Assembly: GCA_030770535.1 (NCBI GenBank)
Contig: JASVEC010000119.1
Coordinates: forward strand, 1-47,598
Direction: 5' to 3'
DNA length: 47,598 nt
Origin: Batkoa obscura
Taxonomy: Eukaryota
Numbering within the stretch: the stretch's first letter is position 1; every line of letters begins with the position of its first letter. Shown piece by piece: positions 1 to 12,220 of this stretch. Below the pieces are notes generated by a model that saw only the letters and a program-made list of their open reading frames with translations, searched no databases and was not told the origin of the DNA. Position numbers and translations under genes: made by a program.

Positions 1-72
1 TTTACTTTATAAAAAATACTCTATGAAATGTTTTTTTTTGCTTTTTTTTGGCATTATATTTGAATATTATAT

Positions 73-168
73 AGGAGTGTTTTTTTAACTTCATTATTTT
101 TTCCATTTTTAGCGCTATTTAAGCGAAAAATTTGTTAGTAAAATTCTTAAACACAAAAATACATCCCT
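73..168 (-). mobile_element. ~99-bp Sola2-related MITE (strand for all copies given relative to the 15010 element)
   Basis: Matches the family consensus, TSD ATAT. Confidence 0.9.
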
Positions 169-692
169 ATATTTATAATATCACAGATCATAAAATAACA
201 TTAATTAAAAGTATTAAAAATATAATGATTATTATATAATTTATTGAATATTTATATGTTTTATATTGAGTTTTTAAACGTTGTATTTGACCAAAAAACA
301 AACATTTGTATGTTATTTGAATTAATTCAATAAATAAATGTAGAATGCTAACTATTAAACTAATTTGTTATTTCTTACATTTTATTACAGTAATATTAGT
401 AATAAATTCAACTACACAAACTCATTAAAATCATTTCAGAATTATTGCAGATGGAATTTACTGTTTAAATTCAACCAAATTGAAGATACTTAAAATGCAT
501 TGCTAATTTAATTTAAGTCTTGATGGATTGGACATTATTAAAACAAGTTTAGTAGAAATTATTAAGTTTAAAAATAGTCTTTTCATGCTTCTTTTGACTA
601 TTTCTTTTATCTCTTGTCCTTCTTCCCAATTTTTGAAATGGTCAATACCAAAGACTTTAGATTAATAATAGTTGATAAAATCTTAATTATAT

Positions 693-786
693 GGGGATGT
701 GTTTTTTTGTTTAAGAATTTTACTACAATCTCCACTTAAATAGCACTTAAAAAATCGAAAAACAATGAAACAAAAAAAACAGACTC
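693..786 (+). mobile_element. ~99-bp MITE
   Basis: GGGGATGT start, degenerate right end, flanks ATAT/ATGT. Confidence 0.88.
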
Positions 787-1529
787 ATGTTTTAAATTTC
801 TAATCTATTTCCGAATATCTCAAATATAATAAGTTGATTTAAATAATCCTTAATTAGCTATAATGATTGAGTTTGGTCTCTAAATTCTATATGCATCTTC
901 TTTAATCGCGTTAATCGAACACTTGTTTTGCTATTGAGATTGTTTCGGTTATAATAAAACACATCCTATATTTGGACAACAATTCAATTGTTCAATGCTA
1001 TTATTGAGTATAATAAAATGCTTCATTAATCCCCTATATTCTTCAGTAAATTTCTTTTAATATTTCTTGTGTTCCAGATATTTATTTTAGTGGTTTACAT
1101 ATTCAAGTTCATCTTTATAGAATGAATAAGTTCAATTGTACAAAATAGTTCAACCTACAGCTTTAGATAAATGTTTGCTTAAAAAGATTATTTCAATAAT
1201 TTAAAAATGTAACTAATTTTTACCATAACTCAAAAAACAATAGCTCAAATAATGTATAAATAGGTAGGTTTATATTATAGTTTTTTATGCGGTTTCGAAA
1301 ATCAAATAAAAGTACAACCACAGCAAATAAGAAAATTGACCATCAAGTATTACACGTTGCACGTTTTTTGCTATTTTCTTATAGAAATCAGATTAAATTT
1401 CCACAGTATCCATATAAGCAATATTTCGGAAGTTTTTTATTAGGCAAACTTACTGGTGTACTATTATTGGCTGATATGAAATGGTAGTTAATTGAATAAA
1501 AAATGAGATCACTTTGGATATCCCCATAT

Positions 1530-1621
1530 GAGGATGTATTTTTCATCACTTTTTCCATTTTCTGAGCACTATTTGAGCAGAAGGATTGTTAGTAAAATTC
1601 TTAAACAAAAAATATATCCCC
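1530..1621 (-). mobile_element. ~99-bp MITE
   Basis: Family match, flanks ATAT/ATGT. Confidence 0.88.
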
Positions 1622-1973
1622 ATGTATTACTTTTTTATTTTAAATCTTATTAAATAAAATAATAAGCTAATAGGTAATAAATAAAGATTGTATATAATAT
1701 ACAGGATAGCATGTGATTTCTAAACAGTATGAAGTATTATGGTTTTTTTTAAAATTAATCATAATACTTTTAGTTTATTTATATTTTTTAAAATATTCAA
1801 TACTATTTTTAAATCAAATCAGAAATTATTGTTAATTTCAAACAAGGTTTCATATTAAAAATAGCAATGTTCTATTTTAAAAGTAGGATAAGTATATGTA
1901 AAGGAAAAATGCTAGTAGAAAGAAAATCATAACCATTTTAATAAAAATAGTATAACAAATCTATACCATAAAA

Positions 1974-2046
1974 TGCTCCGTATAGGGCTTGAACCTATGA
2001 CCTTAGCGTTATTAGCACCACGCTCTGCCAACTGAGCTAACGGAGC
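1974..2046 (-). tRNA. tRNA-Ile (anticodon AAT)
   Basis: Reverse complement GCTCCGTTAGCTCAGTTGGCAGAGCGTGGTGCTAATAACGCTAAGGTCATAGGTTCAAGCCCTATACGGAGCA. It folds as a 73-nt cloverleaf with A box, GGTTCAA T-loop and anticodon loop CTAATAA, followed by TTTT. Confidence 0.97.
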
Positions 2047-2249
2047 TTTAATCTTAGCAGTTTAATAAAAAAGTAAATTTAAAATTAAAAAAACGATTTC
2101 AAAATTAAATTGTTTAGTTTGAGAAAATAAAAATGAGAAATCTATTTTAATTTTTTTAAACTTAAAAGACAAGGATGGATCAAAACCAAGGTAACTTGAG
2201 TTAGCTTTGCACCAACATAGACAGTTACTATATTGCTCAACTAGATCCT

Positions 2250-3863
2250 ATGTCCAATTCAAAGAAACGAAAGCGAAACGACAACATAAAAGAGCATAAC
2301 TCCTTACTTCAAGTCCTCAACCTGTTGTTCCCCGACAGTGAGTTAAAAACCAGTTATTCATCATCTCTACAGTCGGGTTATGACGCTACTTTAGAATTTC
2401 GACAAAATTTAAATGATCTTTTGGAACATTATAAAGGCAAAAGAATGGATAAATTGATTTTAAGTTATATTTTTAAAAGTTTAAATATTAATGACAAGGG
2501 ATTGTTAGATAAATCAATTTCATTGAAATCAATAGGAGATTATTATGGAATTAAAAGTAATTTTTAGTATTACTTGAATTATATATATATGATCCATTTA
2601 TTTTAGCAATTATTGATCTTTACCCTGAACTAACACTAAGTTCATTTGAAGAAGTTGAAAAGAAGATGGTGCCTATTGGGTTGGAAGGTAAATTTAAAAG
2701 GCTCTATCAAATGGAACAAAATGAACAACAAGTTATTTGTTGCTTTAATGAATTCAGCTTTATCAATTTAATGGATAGAGTTAAAGAAATTTGTATTTAT
2801 TGGTAGTAATTTATTGCATTTTATTGAATTATGTTTTCATACTATTTAGTTATTTCAATAACTCATCTGGGATAGGTAAAATCAAATCTTTGTTAATTGA
2901 TTCTAAATTAAATATTCGTGGGTTTATTATGCCAAAGTAAGTTATTATTACCAATATTTATTATTTTATTAATAAACATATAAAGATATTCAATTGATAT
3001 AAAAACGTTATTAAATTCAAAACGATATAAATTAACCGGAAGATTCAAATTTCATATAATTTATCAATTGGTATTAAAGTTAAATTTAATTCATCAATAT
3101 GATATTGTTCATAATGATTTAAGTGAAGTTAATGTGTTGTTAACTAAAAGTTTAATTGAACTATTAAATATTAGAGAAGAAAACGAAGAGAATATAAATA
3201 ATATTAAAAAACATTTAAATCCATACAATTTAAAAGATATTAAAGAGTATGAGCCAATTATTATTGATTTTGGTAAATCAATGTCACTAAACATGAATTT
3301 TATTAAAAATATACAAGTTAAAAGGCATAGTTTAATAAACAAAGATGACTTAATTCATTTACCTTTGATTAAATTATGTAAACCAGAACATGGGTTTGTT
3401 TTATATAGGTAATAATGATAATAAACAAATATAAATATTAATATAGTGTTAGTTATTAACTATCAGTTATTATAATAGATCTATTCTTACTATCCCTATC
3501 CATCATAAACAAGAGTTCATTCAACCGATTAAATTATATGACCCAAAAAAAGAAGATATTTATAGCTTAGGAATTTTAATATTTCGAATTTTAACTAATT
3601 TATCGCCATGGGGTGGAGTATTAGAAAAACAATTAAAGCAAATAAGAGAAATTATTGAAGATCCAATTGAACAATATAAACATTTAAAAAGAGACTTAAA
3701 AGATAATAATTGTTGGTTGGAATTATTATGTTTTTTATTACATCCAAAGCCAGAATTGAGATGGAACTCAAGAGAAATTGTAAAATATTTAAAAGTCAAT
3801 GCAAAAAAATTACTGGAAGAGTGTATAATGCTATCAAAGGCAAGGACAAAAAAGAGAATGTAG
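2250..3863 (+). CDS. Atypical protein kinase-domain protein, multi-exon (a possible extra 5' micro-exon starts at ATG 2175)
   Basis: Joining exons across short GT-AG introns gives IGLEGKFKRLY (Gly loop), GFIMPKY (hinge), IVHNDLSEVNVLL (catalytic loop), IIIDFGKS, KEDIYSLGILIF..LSPW and HPKPELR. Stop TAG at 3861-3863. The start is uncertain. Confidence 0.82.
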
Positions 3864-4018
3864 ATAAAATAAATTTGATGTTTTTTGAGCATTAAACGAA
3901 AATAGGAAGATTTAGAAATGAATAAACTTGAATTCAATATTCTTTTTCTATTATAATAAAATTAGTTTACTGTTAATCACTTTTTTTAAAACTTTAAAAT
4001 GTCATAAACCAACTACAT

Positions 4019-4116
4019 GGAGATGTTTTTTTGGCTTCATTACTTTTTCCATCTTTTAAGCACTATTTGAGCAGAAAATTTATTGATAAAATTCTTAAAC
4101 ACAAAAATACATCCCC
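4019..4116 (-). mobile_element. ~99-bp MITE
   Basis: Family match, flanks ACAT/ATAT. Confidence 0.9.
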
Positions 4117-4150
4117 ATATAGTCTAAAATTATTATTATTATTCAATTTA

Positions 4151-4575
4151 TTATGACTTCTATAAACCAGCTAAACAGATTGAAAAATACTATAAAATGC
4201 AATCAAAGAAGTCCACATTCTAATCCTTTCCCCCCCAAAACTTTCAATCAAGCTAGTTCTTAGCTACTCAATCGACTTACCAGTGAGCAACTCAGCTTTA
4301 ATAAAGTTTCCAATAGAATGTCTTTTGGAAGGGTGCTGATCTTGCCAAAAATTGTTGAAAACAAAAACTAAGACAATAATATAAACAAGCCAAATGCACT
4401 CAACAAGTGCTACTCAAGCAAATAAAGATAAATTTTTAAAAGGTAACAAAAACTCTGTTCCTATTTAAGTCATACTTTTTTAATCAAGTGAAGCTTAATT
4501 GTAAGTAATCAATTAACAATAAAATTAATAAATACAATAAAAATTAACCCAATGGAGTTTTATTAGAGGTCATAG
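4151..4575 (+). ncRNA. Candidate structured RNA with RNase MRP-like features; unconfirmed
   Basis: 12-bp closing helix 4151-4162/4564-4575, AACCCAATGGAG just before its 3' strand, and several internal hairpins. The P4 pairing is not convincing. Confidence 0.3.
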
Positions 4576-4814
4576 ACTACGTAACCCCTAAAATTCAATG
4601 AGGTGGGATACAAAGAGTATTTAGAAACAATTTTATATCCAACTCCAAAAACTTATTGAAAGACAATATATTATTATATCAACTAAATGCAAAAAATAAT
4701 GTAAAATTAAATAAATTAAACTATTTTATTTAAACACTATTTTTTATTTTATTTTATTTTATTTAAAAATAATACAAACTTTCAAAATGCAAATCATTTA
4801 TACAATCATTCAAT

Positions 4815-7800
4815 TTATGATTTTTCAAATTTAGCGAATGCAGAAGAAAATGAAGATTTTGAACTGGACTTATTATTTTTACCAAGGTTACGAGGAGGTG
4901 GTAAAGGAGAAGAATTTTTCTCAAATTGAGCTAATTTATCTAATATTGAATTGGATTTTTTATGTAGCCCAGTTTTAATCTCTTTAGCTGAAGTAGGTGT
5001 AGATGGTCCAGATTTATTTTTAATATCCATTTTAGCTTTATTGACATCTACGGCTAATGAGATAGATCTTTTGTGTGAGTTATTTGGATCATTATTTAAT
5101 TCTTCTTGTTCTTTATCTTCTTCATCTTGTTTGTTATTTTCTATTAAATGATTTAATTCATTTTCTGAATTTGAAATATCAGCTACTAATTTGGTCTGTT
5201 CTTCATTAATATCTTCTCCAGTTAAATCCATTTCTAAATCTGATTCATTAAGTTCATAACTCTCATTATTATTTTCATCTTCATCATGATTTATTGATCT
5301 TGGTGTATTTGGTGACATACTTTCTTGTGGGGAAGAATGATCTAATTCATTATTATCAACAGATAATAAATTAAATTCATTATTAAATTCATTAAACATA
5401 GAATCTTCTAAATTAATATCTATCGAATTAAAGGGTTCTTTTGTATCTATTTAAAATACTGTTAGTTCTACTATATTATAATTAAGAATGATAAACTCAC
5501 CGTTAATAGTATTATCTAATGAAATTGGTATACTACTTAATGAGTTAACAACATCTTCATTATTGTTATTATTATTTATTGATCCTTGTTTTACTTGGTC
5601 AATGTTATTTAAACTAAATTTAGTATCTAATGAAATAGGAATGCTATTTAATGAATTAAAAATAGAATTAGTAAAATCTTCATTCTCTTCTTCAACTTCT
5701 TGATTTAATTTATCTTCACTAATTTCAACATCTTCATCTTCATTAATTGGATCATCCTCATTAACTTCTAATTTTAATGGGATATCAATTTCGTCATCAC
5801 TTAATTCTTCATTTAAAATAATTGGTATCTCATTATCTTTGTTGATTTCCTTAGTTTCAGATGTAATTAACTCTTCTTCAGTCAATCGTTTTTGGGTTTC
5901 AATAGTATTAAGTTGCTCACTTAATCCCTCTTCTAATTCTTCATTTCCTTCAACCTCAACTTCATTAAATTCTAATTCATTAAATTCATTCTTAAATAAA
6001 CCAACTTTTTCGTCTAATGAAGTAACTAAATCTTCAGTTGTATTTTCTTCAATATGTTGATTTAATGAGGTTGATAAATCTTCAGTTATATTCTTTTCAA
6101 CTAGTTCATTTAAAGGTTTAGTTGAATCTTCAGTTACATTTTCCCTAATAGATTCATTAAAAGAAGTAGTCAAGTCTGATACACTTTTCTCAATTGGTTC
6201 ACTTAAGGAAGTGGTTAAATCCTTTATGTTTTCTTCAGCTGGTTCATTTAAATTATTAGTTAAATCTTCAACTATTTCCTTATCAACAATTTGATTTAAA
6301 GCGTCCGCTAAATTCGATCCATTAAATTCATTTAATGAAGTTGCTAAGTCAGTCCCAATAAAATTATTTAAAGAAGTAGTTAAATCTTCTGTTGCCTCTT
6401 TTTCAGTATCCTCATTTAAAGATTCAGTTAACTCTTCTGTTACTTCTTTTTCAATTGATTCATTTAATGAAGTATACAAATCTTCATCTATGTTCGTTTG
6501 ACTTTCTTGATCAAAACCTTCAACTTGTTTTGATTCTTCATTGATTTCAATATTTTCATTTTCAATAATATTATCTTTACTCAATTCTTTAGTAAGAATA
6601 ATTGGTTCATCATCTTGATCATTAATATCAGTATCAACTACAATGTCTTGATTTAAGTCTTTAATAATATCATTTTCACTCTCATGAACTTCATCAGCAG
6701 GATTACCAGCATCAATTTCATTTATAACATCGATAGTATTAACTTCTTCAACTTCGTTAATCTCATCCTCGTTAAACTTTTTATTTGGACTTAAACTTGA
6801 AGTTTCTACTAAATTAGAAATTGATTCAATCTTACTTGACATTTGTTTAGCAAAATCTAATAATGAATTTTCATTTTCAATGTCAATATTCAATTCATCA
6901 ATTTCCTTTTCATCATCAATTTCCTTTTCAATAGCTAAATTATCTGGGCTTTTAATTAATGTTTCATTTAAATTGTTAACTGAATTCAATAATTCATTAA
7001 CTACATGGTTAATTTGAGTTTCTTCTTCTGTTGTTGGGTTAAGAATTTCAACTTGTTCTAAACCGGATCTTGTGATTTCTTGTTGATTTTGAATAATGTC
7101 TTCATGTTTCAATTCTTTGGACTCGTTAATTGAAGTTTGATCTTCAGCCATTAGATTATTGAATGGAGTTTCTTCTTCAAAAGATTCAGCAACAGCCTGT
7201 TCTAAATCTAAATCAGGTCTTATGGTTTCCTGTTGATTTTCAATAATATCTTCATGCTTTAATTCTTTGGATTCATTAATTGAAGTTTGATCTTCAGTCA
7301 CTAAATCATCAGATGGAATTTCTTTTCCTAAAGATTTAGTAACAGCTTGTTCTTCCTTTTCATTTGAAGTATCTAATTCAACTTGTGGAGCTGAGATTGA
7401 GCTAACTTCTTTTTCTAAAGAATCAATATCACTCCCAACTTCTTGTTCTAAGCAATCACCATCAATCTCTTCTTCCTTTTCATTTAAATCAATTTGTTTA
7501 CCTCCAATCTCATCAACTTCAGTTTTGATTTCTCTTCCTTGGATTTGATTATCAATTTCATTAGCAACTGTAATTTCTTTTTCTTTTTCTTCTTCCAATT
7601 GATGCTCAACTTGACTTCCTTCTTCATACTGATTGATATTTAGTTCACTAATTTCATTAAATTCTAAAGCATTAATATTGTCCTTTGTTTCAGTGTCCAA
7701 ATTAAGTTCTTTATCTGATTCTTCAATTTGTTCATTATTTTGAATCTCTCTGATAATGTTATGTTCGTTATCATCTTGGTCTTCTAATTGATTTAATAAA

Positions 7801-10800
7801 TTAGATTCTTGAATTTCATTCTGCTTATCTCCTCCTTTATAAAATCCTAACATAGAAGAATAACCCATATCGCCTTGATCACTTTGAATATCAATTTCAT
7901 TTTCACTAAGTTCCTTATCCTCATCTAATTCCTCATCTAATTCCTCATCTAATTCGTTAGGAGTTAAATTATTATTATTAGGGGATTGATAAAATCCTAA
8001 AGTAGAACCATAGGCCATAGCGCCAACCTCAGATTGTGGTTCATAGCCAGCTTCAATTTCTTCAATTTCAATTTCTTCTTCCTCGGTTTCTTTATCAGCT
8101 TCAACTGCTTCTGTATCTTTTCCTAAATCCTCTTTATCTATAATAGGAGTTTGATAAAATCCTAGTGTATTATCATATGCCATGGCACCTACTTCTGATA
8201 AGGGTTCTTCAACATTCACTTCTTTTAACTTAGTCATTATACTTTCTAAATCTTCTTCTTCATTGGTGGAAGCTTCTTCTTCTTCTTCTTCTTCATTGGT
8301 ATCTTCACTTTCTTCACTTAATTTTTTATCTGAATGGTAAAACCCTAAGGTAGAATTATAAGCCTCATTTCCTTCATCAATTTCTTCGTTTGATTTTGGT
8401 ATAATAGTTTCAAAATTAGAAGTTTCTTCAGTTGATTCTAGTGCTTGAGAAATAGACTGCTCATCAAGGTTATTTAATGGAGTGTTTTCTACAATGTTAT
8501 CACTTTCAGCTTCAACAATAGGGAGATTGGGTTGAGCATTCAACTCCTCTTTTGACTTTTCTTCATCTTCTTTTTCTTCACTAGCTTCGCCAATTATATT
8601 AACGCTTCTAGGTTGAATGACAGGGTCGACTTGAGCCTCTAACTCTTTTTGAACCTCTTCCTGTCCACTAACCTCATCAGTTGGATTAACACTTTCAATT
8701 TCAACAGTAGAATCAAGTTGAGCTTTTGATTTTTCCTCAAATTCTTCGCTATCATCAACGACAATGTTCACACTTTTACCTTCGATAATGGATTCCTTTT
8801 CAGCCTCTTTTTCTCTACTGGCTTCATCGATCATGTTGATACTTTCAACAACAGTGAAATTGAGTTGATTTTCCAGCTCCTTTCCAGCTTCTTCTTCGCT
8901 ATTTTCAGCGATAACACTGTCACTTCTAGCTTTAATATGAGGCATCAACTCCTCCTCAACCTCTTCTTCTTCACTCAACTCATCAATTTTTTCCAATGGA
9001 GTCGGTACAAATTCATTTTCGAAATTAGGTCCATCATCCGAATATTCATCATCTTCACCTAAATTATATTGCTGATTAACGATACTAAATACTTGTTTTT
9101 CGGCTAATACATGTTCATGAAAGGTAGGACTTTCTCCATCTTCTATAGTATTATTGGGTAAATCCATATAACTGGTATTAGTTGGATTAAAAGTATTTGA
9201 TTCTTCAGTTTCTTGATGTAAAAAGGAGGATGCGGATGTAATTGGGATATCTACATTATTGGAGCGCATAGTGGAAGATTCCTCATCCTCTTCAGTTATT
9301 AATTGGCTATCGAAGGTGGGACTTTCGCCATTTTCAATTGTTTTTTCTAATTGAGTAATGAGTGCTTCTTCGCTAATTGATTCAGAGATTTCTTTTTCTT
9401 CAATAAGGGAGTTTAAAATGATATCATTATTTTCAATGGATCTTTCAATGATTTTTCCATCTTTAACTTCTTCAGTTTCAAAGACTGGAAGGGCACTTTC
9501 AGCTTCCTTAATAGTGAGTTTAGAATCTTGTTTTTCTTCAAATGAATCTAAAGAAACTTCATTATTTTTAAATTCATGTTCAATTATTTCTTTCTCATCT
9601 TCTTCAACTTCAAACGTTGGGAAGGGAGCTTTAAGAGCATCAGAGGTAGGTTTAAACGCTCCACTCCCTTCAATGATAGAATCTAATGCAACTTCATTAC
9701 CTTCAACAGATACTTTAATATTTTGTTCTACTTGATCTTCTTCGGTTTGCTCTGCTTCAAAGGTTGGAAGGACAATTTCGCTTTCTTCAAAGATGTTACC
9801 AAAAGTAGGTTGGTCTTCAGTAATGGAATTTAAATCATTTTCTTTATCTTCAACGGATTTTTCAATGGCTTGAACTCCTTCTTCATCTCCTTTGATCTTT
9901 TCTGGTATAACTGCAAGAGAAGTTTCACTTTCCTTAGGGAAAGATTTAGATTCTAACACCTCTTCAGTAAAAGAATGCAAATCAATATCGTTTGCCTTGG
10001 TTTTGTTTTCAATGATTGGTTCTTCTTCAACTTGATTGGTTTCAAAAGGTGGAAGAATATCTTCAAAAATTTCCTTTTCTTCAGCAAATGATTCTAAATC
10101 AACTTCACCTTCTTTAGTTTCCATAGCATCATCTTGATCTTCAACTTCATCTACTTGTAATGACTCAAATGGCGTTGAACTTTCCATAAAACAAGTAGGT
10201 ACTTCCATTTCTATTGAATTATTAAAAGTAGATTCAGGTAAACTGACTTCTTCTAAAATAATATCATTAGTAGTAGGTTCATTTAACATTGGTAAACTAG
10301 AAGTTTGTAAAGAAGAAGATTCTGCTTCAATAGAATGATAATTATTAATACTACTTTGATCATTACTAAGAGAACGATCTAAATCTACAGTAAGATCTGG
10401 TGTACCAGATAAATTCGAAAATTGATGGATCAAATTTTCATTTGAGTCTCGAATTAATTCTCTGTTAAAATTTGTTACTTTTGTTGAATATTGATCTTTA
10501 CTATCTTCATCTACTTCATTTTTATAGAATTCTCGACTTTCTTCAATATTGGAAGATGCATATTCAGGTTCAGATTGATCCATTATAGAAGGAGTTGCTG
10601 ATTTTAATATATCTGGTATAAAGATATGACGTGGTTCACTATCTTCAATCAAATCAGAACTTAAATGTTCGGAACTAGAATCATGGGCAATAGTATGAAC
10701 TGCTTCAGTAGAAGTAGTCGCTTGTGAAAATGGATTAAAGTAAGGGGCAGCTGAAGCATTAAAGGATGGTTCAATAACATTAATTTCTGGTTTAGATGGT

Positions 10801-12220
10801 TCAAGTGAATTGTTAGATAATATAGATGGTTCTCTTTCATTTAGAGTTGAATTAATATTAAGATTAATTGATTGTTGGTAAGCTGAATCTTCTTGATTAT
10901 TATCAGTATCAATCTCATTTGCTATTGATTTGTTTTCTACTGATTTGGTCAATGTATCATCTGGTACATTTGAATCATACACATGATTAAGCTCCTTTTT
11001 ATTATTTGAATCACTATCCGAATTAGAAGAATCTTTTTCATTATGAAGTAATTCTTGAGTAGCAACCATATCATTTAATTGAGGCAAAATATCCGACAAT
11101 AATTGGAATGCTTCTTTATGGTACCCCATCTGAGAAGTTATTAATTCTAACAAACGTTGGATAGTTTCTGGAGAATCAATTACATTCTTCATTAAGTGGG
11201 TAGCCATATCTAATACTTTTGTATAATTTTCTTCACATATGGTGAGTTCCGATTTAAGCTAACAAAAAGTTATTAATTACTCGTCAAACATTATCTGTTA
11301 ATCTTGTTTTACCTCGTCGCTTGGGTTATCACCACTATTATTACATCTAAGTTTTACATTATTAAGTGAAATTAAAGCATTATCTACATCTGTACAAGTT
11401 TTCTATAATAAAAAAGTAATATATTAATAAACAAATAATAAACAAATAACAACACTATTACTTCAATAAATTTAATATTTGTTTCAATATTAATTAACAA
11501 TGGTTCAATAAAGTTTTTAGTTAATATGGATTCCTAATAATAATAAAATAAATAAAATTGAAATCAACATTGATGTTACCATAGTAATAAGAGCATCCCC
11601 AATCTTTTGTTGAATAGTAGCTACTTTATATAATGCAGCACCTAATAAATGAAGTTTTAATATGAATATCAATTAAAATATTGTAAAATAGTTTACCTAA
11701 AGACTCTTCTACGCCAACATCGAGTCCACAATCAACGAATGCTAAAGCCATTGTATGATACGCAGTAGGATGGTCAATGGGCTCCGAGTTTAAAGAGTTA
11801 CTTTTGGAATGGGATCGTGGTCGATTTGAAGCAATTGAAGAAACACTGCCTTTTGATTGATGATTCGAATTGGAAGAATTGGAAGCTAAAGAATTGGTAA
11901 TGGAATTTGAAATCGAATTAATGGATTCTTTAACAAAAGTTAATTGCTCATTTTCTTTTTTACAACCTGGAAAAGCTTCTTTGGTGATTTTGACTAAATT
12001 AATTTGTACTTGCTTTAATACAGTCACCCGGGTTAATAAATCTTTATAGATTTTAGGATGGTCCAGTTTTTCCACTGGTTCTTCAGCAACTGTAGCCGGT
12101 TTGGACCACTAATTAAAGGTTCAATGTTAATATTCTTTTTTTTAGCTTTACTAATAAAGTTACTTGAAAACCATTAAGTGAACGAGTAAATGAAGAAAAA
12201 TTAAAACCTTTGTAACTCAT
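4815..12220 (-). CDS. Gvp36-like BAR-domain protein with a very long acidic, repetitive C-terminal tail (~2,350 aa, about 7 exons)
   Basis: ATG at 12220 (MSYKGFNFSS). Exons give HPKIYKDLLTRVTVLKQVQ..ESINSISNSI..HPTAYHTMALAF..QQKIGDA..LKSELTICEENY..MKNVIDSPE..LLELITSQMGYHKEAFQLL, which resembles the Gvp36/BAR_2 helices. ORFs 5451-11207 and 4815-5399 are joined by a 54-bp intron (5447-5500, GTGAGT..CTAAC..TAG). Confidence 0.82.

Noticed and set aside
1287..1487. 66-aa ORF
   Set aside because: No recognisable motif, and the length is compatible with chance.
4344..4353. Sm-site-like AATTTTTGG on the minus strand (snRNA)
   Set aside because: No U1, U2, U4 or U5 conserved sequence lies around it.
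4582..4591. TAACCCCTAA as a telomerase RNA template
   Set aside because: It is a single 10-mer outside the closing helix, the telomere repeat of this organism is unknown, and no pseudoknot was identified.
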